Both the position numbers and the translations under genes were made by a program. Positions 59,404-64,000 of a DNA stretch of 64,000 nt are shown here, piece after piece. Every line of letters begins with the position of its first letter. Position 1 is the first letter of the stretch. The DNA comes from Candidatus Aminicenantes bacterium. GTDB taxonomy: Bacteria > Acidobacteriota > Aminicenantia > Aminicenantales > JAFGBC01. The stretch lies in assembly GCA_963702005.1 (NCBI GenBank), contig OY969696.1, positions 1,760,001-1,824,000 of the forward strand, in the 5' to 3' direction. The notes below the pieces were generated by a model. That model made no database searches. It saw nothing but the letters and a program-made list of their open reading frames with translations, and was not told the DNA's origin.

Positions 59404-59937
59404 ATGCCTGTCGAGTCAAAAAAAGAAAAAGCGATATTCCAAAAAGCCCTCCGCTCGTTCGAGCTGGTCGTCAAGTCGGCTCAAACCTTCCGGGCCTTCC
59501 TGAGCGACGACCACCCGGCCCAATCGCCGGACTATTATCTGGCCCGGAATTTCTTGCGCGACGCCGAAACGCTCTATGAGGAGGCCATGGCCGAAGCCAA
59601 GAAGCTCCTCGGGCCGCTCCCCGGCTATGTCTCGTCCCAAGTCGCCAGTTCCAAGAAGGCGATGCTGGAGGCCATGAGCGTCGTCGCCAAGAGCGCGGAC
59701 ATGACGAACCTTCAATCCGAGCTCGAGCGGGACGAGTTCATCGCCAGCATGTTCAAGTCCGACGAGATCGCCCTCTACATCCGGGCCAATTTCGAGAGCC
59801 AGCGCAAAGGAAAACGGAAGCTTCCCAACATCAAAGCCCGGATGACCCTCGACAAGCTCGCCCGCAAGCTCGCCCAAGCCTGCGAGCTCCGGGAGCGGGC
59901 CCAGCAGAAGCACCAGGCGCCGCCGGCCTCCTCTTAA
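59404..59937 (+). CDS. hypothetical helical protein
   Basis: RBS-like GGAG, host-like codon usage, co-oriented with pilT. Confidence 0.6.
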   Translation: MPVESKKEKAIFQKALRSFELVVKSAQTFRAFLSDDHPAQSPDYYLARNFLRDAETLYEEAMAEAKKLLGPLPGYVSSQVASSKKAMLEAMSVVAKSADMTNLQSELERDEFIASMFKSDEIALYIRANFESQRKGKRKLPNIKARMTLDKLARKLAQACELRERAQQKHQAPPASS

Positions 59938-62294
59938 GGCCTCCGGCCTTTTCCTTCGACCTCGTCCCTCCAATAGCGGAGCTTTCCGCTGCCGGCCTGG
60001 TCCGGCGCGGCGTCAAAAGCGAGCCCGAAGAGCGACGGCTTCACTTCGACGAGGACGGCGTCCTTGTAGACGGCCTTGGTCAGGTTGACGATCGTATAGG
60101 CGAGCTTGCCGGCGCCGAGCCGCCCGAAGACGAAATCGCCGTCCGTCTCGAAATCGCCGACCTTGAGCCGCCCCGCGTCGTAGGTGTAGCGGGGCCGGCG
60201 CGAATCCCTGGCCATGTCTCGCCGCAGGTCGGACTTGACGCCGATCAGGATGTCTTGGGCCGGGGTTTTAAGGGAAACGGCCAGGGCGGCGGCGGCCGGC
60301 TCGACCGGAACGAGCTGGATCCCGGCGACCAGATCCTTCGCCGGGACATCCGCCCCGTGAGGGATAAGGACGGTAACCAGCCCCGTCGTCTCGCCGAGCT
60401 CGAAGTGCTGGGCGGCCGTCTGATGGATCAGAATCTCGTCCTGATAGTGGCGCTTCTCGGGTTCAACCCCCTCGATCCGGAAATGAGTGAGCGGGAAGAG
60501 GATGAGCAGGCGCTTGGCGGAGGGAAGCTCCTCGGCCTGGATCCGGTCGTAGCCCGTGTCGTACCAATGGGGGCCCTGTTCGAAGATCTTACGGGTGTGC
60601 CACAGCCCGGCCAGAGTGAAGAACTCCTCGCGCCGCGCCTTGAAGACGTCGAAGACGACCAACGCCTCGGGCTCATGGACGTAGACGACGATCCGGTCCC
60701 ACTCGTAGCCCCAGCCTTCGTCAATGAGGCGGGTCCGGCTGTAATCGAAATCGGGAAAAGCCAGGACATCGACCTTCTGGGTTCGGACCCGGCGGTAAGA
60801 GCCCGCGTTATGCAGGAAGTCGAGGACCTGCTGGCCCGGGACGGCGTCCCGGATGCTGTAGCGGGACTCGCCCGCGGCTTGGCCCATCCAGATTTTCTCG
60901 GGCCGGACGCAGAGGCGGTTGTGAAAGTAATCCTGGCGATAGGCCCCGTAGGGACCCGACGGCATGTAGTCCCGGTAGCCGGCGTCGTTGAGGAGGACCG
61001 AACCGCCGCTCATGAGAAGGGCGAGGCCGTTTTCGTCGGCGTGGCCGTGGGTCATCTTTTCCTCCTCGACCGGAATCGTATCCCGGAGGTAGTCGCGGAA
61101 GGCCAGCCCGCCGTCGCCTTCATCGCGATAGTTGAGGAGGAGGTAGGTCGAGAGCGCGTCCCATCCGTTCCGGAAGACGACCTTTTTCCCGACGAGGTCC
61201 TCCAGAACCTCCCCGGACAGCGCGGAGGGCGGCCGGGCCGGGATCCCGTCCGCTCCCCAACGGGCGCAGTCGAGGAGGATGATCCCGAGGCCCACGTTGT
61301 CCGTCTTGGAAAAATCGACGAAGCGGCGGGCGATCGTCGCGGCCGCCCACTTGAGCTCGGGATCCCGGGACTGGCCGGCCGCCGCCTCGAAGAAGACTAA
61401 AAAATGCGTCCAGTTCGAATAACGGTGGGCGTCGCCGAAGTCGGGGATCGTTCCGGCCGGGTCCATCAGGCGCAGATAATAGCGGGCGTAATAATACATG
61501 ATGGGAGTCCGGAGCAACTCGGGAACTTTGTTGAGAGCGTCGGCGTAGCCGAGGAGGGAGTAGAGCCAGACGCCGTTGTAGACCGTCGCGTCCTCGATCT
61601 GCCAGGAGCCCCAATTGTCGTTGCCCAGAGCCCGGCGCTGCATCTCCCATTTCGGGGCGTCGGGGTGGCCGGGGAGGGCCCGGACGGCCCAGGCCAGAGA
61701 CTCGGCCCGGAGCGCGGACCTGTTCATGGGCCCCCACTCCTGGGTTCGGAGCAGATAGGCCAGGCTGTGCGCGATGATGTCTTCGATCCGTTTCCGTTCG
61801 GCGCTGCCCAGGATGGCGGAGGAACGGACGGCGTCATAGGCCCGGATAAAGCGCATGACCGTGAAGAAATCCGGCAGGGCGGGTATGCCGTCTGCGTAGT
61901 CGGGCCGGCGCTTGACCGACGATTCGGGGTAGATCGACCGGAAATCACCGTAGCTGAGGAGGATTTGAACGACGCGGCGTCCGTATTCGGGCTTCCCTTC
62001 GGTCTGGAAAAAATACCCGTAGATGACGGCCGTTTCGAGAAGCCCTCCCGGCGGCCGGTAGCCGAAGATATTGTCCGGATCGAAGCCTTTTTTCCAGTTC
62101 GCGATGAGATCGTCCTTATGGGCGAAGGCCCAGTCGGCCGAGGCTTTGGCGTAGGCCAGGTACCGGGCGCGCGGCACGGGTTCCGGGGACGCCTGGGCCG
62201 GACCGGGACCGGCGGACCCGGACGGGATGAGAAGCGTTGAGAGGAAGAAGAAGAGGAAGAAGAAAGAGATGAGGCGGTTGCGAATGATGGCCAT
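59934..62294 (-). CDS. secreted heparinase II/III-like (polysaccharide lyase fold) protein
   Basis: Signal peptide; PDFGD, VVFRNGW, HGHADEN, DAGY, HNRL in heparinase order. Confidence 0.65.
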   Translation of the reverse strand: MAIIRNRLISFFFLFFFLSTLLIPSGSAGPGPAQASPEPVPRARYLAYAKASADWAFAHKDDLIANWKKGFDPDNIFGYRPPGGLLETAVIYGYFFQTEGKPEYGRRVVQILLSYGDFRSIYPESSVKRRPDYADGIPALPDFFTVMRFIRAYDAVRSSAILGSAERKRIEDIIAHSLAYLLRTQEWGPMNRSALRAESLAWAVRALPGHPDAPKWEMQRRALGNDNWGSWQIEDATVYNGVWLYSLLGYADALNKVPELLRTPIMYYYARYYLRLMDPAGTIPDFGDAHRYSNWTHFLVFFEAAAGQSRDPELKWAAATIARRFVDFSKTDNVGLGIILLDCARWGADGIPARPPSALSGEVLEDLVGKKVVFRNGWDALSTYLLLNYRDEGDGGLAFRDYLRDTIPVEEEKMTHGHADENGLALLMSGGSVLLNDAGYRDYMPSGPYGAYRQDYFHNRLCVRPEKIWMGQAAGESRYSIRDAVPGQQVLDFLHNAGSYRRVRTQKVDVLAFPDFDYSRTRLIDEGWGYEWDRIVVYVHEPEALVVFDVFKARREEFFTLAGLWHTRKIFEQGPHWYDTGYDRIQAEELPSAKRLLILFPLTHFRIEGVEPEKRHYQDEILIHQTAAQHFELGETTGLVTVLIPHGADVPAKDLVAGIQLVPVEPAAAALAVSLKTPAQDILIGVKSDLRRDMARDSRRPRYTYDAGRLKVGDFETDGDFVFGRLGAGKLAYTIVNLTKAVYKDAVLVEVKPSLFGLAFDAAPDQAGSGKLRYWRDEVEGKGRRP

Positions 62295-62351
62295 GTGACC
62301 CTCCGCCGCTATTATATTGATTTTTGGGAATATGATAAAATCGAATCGACA

Positions 62352-63263
62352 ATGTCCAAACGATTCCTAATCGTTTTAATGATCGGCGCGGCTTTCCTCG
62401 CTTCCTGCGCCGTAGAAACCCGCGTCTCCGACCTTATAGAAATGCTGCCCGGTCCGGCCGACTCGGACGCCTGGGTCCGAAAAGGGGAGCCCCAGGTCTT
62501 CGCCGGCCGGGAGCTGTTCACCTACGTTGACGGCGGCGCCGATATCTACCTCGAATACGGATTCCGGAAGGTCCTTGTCCAGGACTACGAGAGCCGGGCC
62601 GGCAAGACCATCTCGGCCGAAATTTTCGAGATGGCGGATCCGGGCGCCGCTTTCGGGATGTACGCGTTCAAGAAAGGCAGCAAGGGCCGCGAGCTGGGGA
62701 GCGAAGGGCGCGGTCAGCTCGAGGATTATTATCTCAACTTTTGGAAAGGGCGCTATCTGGTCACCTTGACCGGCTTCGATTCCGACGGGGAGACGCTCGT
62801 CGGGCTCGAGACGCTGGCGCGCGCGGCCGAAGCCCGGATCGAGGGCGCCGGGCGTAGGCCTCGTTTCCTGGATACGCTTCCGGTCCGGGACATGATCAAG
62901 CCGAGCTTGAGCTACTTTCGCGGACCGCTCGGCCTGAACGCGGTCTATACGCGGATTTCGAGCGAGGTTCTGGGATTCAAGGAAGGGGCGGCGGCCGACT
63001 ATGACACCGGGATAAGCTTCATCGTCCTCCGCTACCCAAACGGACGGACCTCGCGGGCGGCGTTCGAGCGGCTGCGAGCGGCCTTGTCCGATCCGGCCAG
63101 GTTCTTTGAATTTCAGGATCTGGCGGACGATCTGGCGGCCGCCTCCGACGGAAAGGGGGCTTCTCTCTACACGATGCCGCGCGGCGATCGCCTCTGGATC
63201 GTGAGAGGCGGTTCCCCCAAAATAATCCGGTCGTTCCTGGCCGGCCTCCGGAACACTCGTTGA
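62352..63263 (+). CDS. lipoprotein, DUF6599-like
   Basis: Lipobox LASC; LFTYVDGGADIYLEYGF, EIFEM, AFGMY, FWKGRY. Confidence 0.75.
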   Translation: MSKRFLIVLMIGAAFLASCAVETRVSDLIEMLPGPADSDAWVRKGEPQVFAGRELFTYVDGGADIYLEYGFRKVLVQDYESRAGKTISAEIFEMADPGAAFGMYAFKKGSKGRELGSEGRGQLEDYYLNFWKGRYLVTLTGFDSDGETLVGLETLARAAEARIEGAGRRPRFLDTLPVRDMIKPSLSYFRGPLGLNAVYTRISSEVLGFKEGAAADYDTGISFIVLRYPNGRTSRAAFERLRAALSDPARFFEFQDLADDLAAASDGKGASLYTMPRGDRLWIVRGGSPKIIRSFLAGLRNTR

Positions 63264-63402
63264 CCCGTTCGCCGACGCTACCCCGCCCTAGAAGGCGGGG
63301 CTAAAAATCGGAGCCCCGCCTTTCAAGGCGGGGATGAGAGCGAGGCTCAGGGTTAATCATGAACAAGCCCCGGCCTTCAGGCCGGGGAGTCGATGATTTG
63401 AC
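63261..63402. mobile_element. non-autonomous IS200/IS605-type palindromic mini-element, copy 2
   Basis: As copy 1 plus an extra hairpin CCCCGCCCTAGAAGGCGGGG; its TGAC boundary contains the upstream gene's stop. Confidence 0.8.
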
Positions 63403-63449
63403 AGGTTTCCCGCCCTCGCATATCCTGGTTTCAGGAAGGAGACCCCCTG

Positions 63450-64000
63450 ATGATGAAGCGCAATTGGTCCCGACGTGATTTTTTAGCGGCTGGCGGCGGC
63501 TTCGTCGGCCTGGTCGGTTCCCTCCAAGCCTCACGGGTCCAGGGCCGGCGCATCGAACCGGAAGCGCCGCGCGCCGGCGGACTTCCATCATCCTCGGGAC
63601 GGGCCGCGTCCGGTGAGACGGCCACGATCGTCTTGGTCAAAGCCGACAGCCGCGGCGAGGGCGTCCGGAAATCGCTGGCCGTCCTCGGCATCAACCCGGT
63701 CCAGGGAAAGCGCACCCTCGTCAAGCCGAATTTCAACACATCCGACCCGACTCCGGGATCGACTCACAATGATACCCTGCGCGAGCTCCTGGCGGCGCTC
63801 AAAGCCATGGGCGCCGCGTCCCTCGCCGTCGGCGACCGGAGCGGGCCCGAGGAGTCCGAGCAAGTCCTGGCCAAGAAAGGAATCCGCGAGCTGGCCGCCG
63901 AGTTCGGCGCCGCGGTCCTCAATTTCGACGAGCTCGGATCCGACGGCTATGTCAAGTTCGCGCCGCACCGTTCCCATTGGCCCGACGGCTTCCTGGTCGC
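63450..64000 (+). CDS. Tat-exported DUF362 protein, partial
   Basis: Manual translation: MMKRNWSRRDFL...LVKPNFNTSDPTPGSTH...GDRSG; open to the window end. Confidence 0.8.
   Translation, partial: MMKRNWSRRDFLAAGGGFVGLVGSLQASRVQGRRIEPEAPRAGGLPSSSGRAASGETATIVLVKADSRGEGVRKSLAVLGINPVQGKRTLVKPNFNTSDPTPGSTHNDTLRELLAALKAMGAASLAVGDRSGPEESEQVLAKKGIRELAAEFGAAVLNFDELGSDGYVKFAPHRSHWPDGFLV

Overview
GC-rich bacterial window. The gene style (many glycosidases, 6-bladed propellers, PEGA/SBBP/CARDB/TolB-TPR proteins, DUF362, Tat-TldD) suggests an anaerobic glycan degrader such as Ca. Aminicenantes; this is inference only. 1-11 kb: GH2, an alpha/beta hydrolase, GH38, a frameshifted GH29, a PadR regulator, a propeller protein and GH20. 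11-30 kb: an active phosphohexomutase paired with a catalytically degenerate paralog, a PEGA/NHL surface-protein operon with an LptD-like barrel, a frameshifted stand-alone GMP synthase ATPPase subunit, a fucose-isomerase/DUF362/ALDH operon, a secreted pentein-fold protein and tRNA-Glu(CTC). About 30-47.8 kb is a visibly more AT-rich accessory tract with no integrase. It is punctuated by five tRNA fragments (Glu x2, Arg x2, His), a duplicated ~250-bp att-like module and recurring TGTGAC paired motifs; the cargo is mostly single secreted or membrane genes, ending in an AbrB-VapC pair. 47.8-64 kb: Dus, Tat-TldD/PmbA, a sigma54-driven DUF5658-like gene, MshEN-PilB/GspE, PilT, a UroD-family protein, a heparinase II/III-like protein and DUF362. 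Two non-autonomous repeat families each occur twice: an IS200/IS605-type palindromic mini-element and a 25-bp-arm hairpin. The best candidates for something undescribed are the tRNA-fragment-delimited cassette array and the pseudo-mutase pair.
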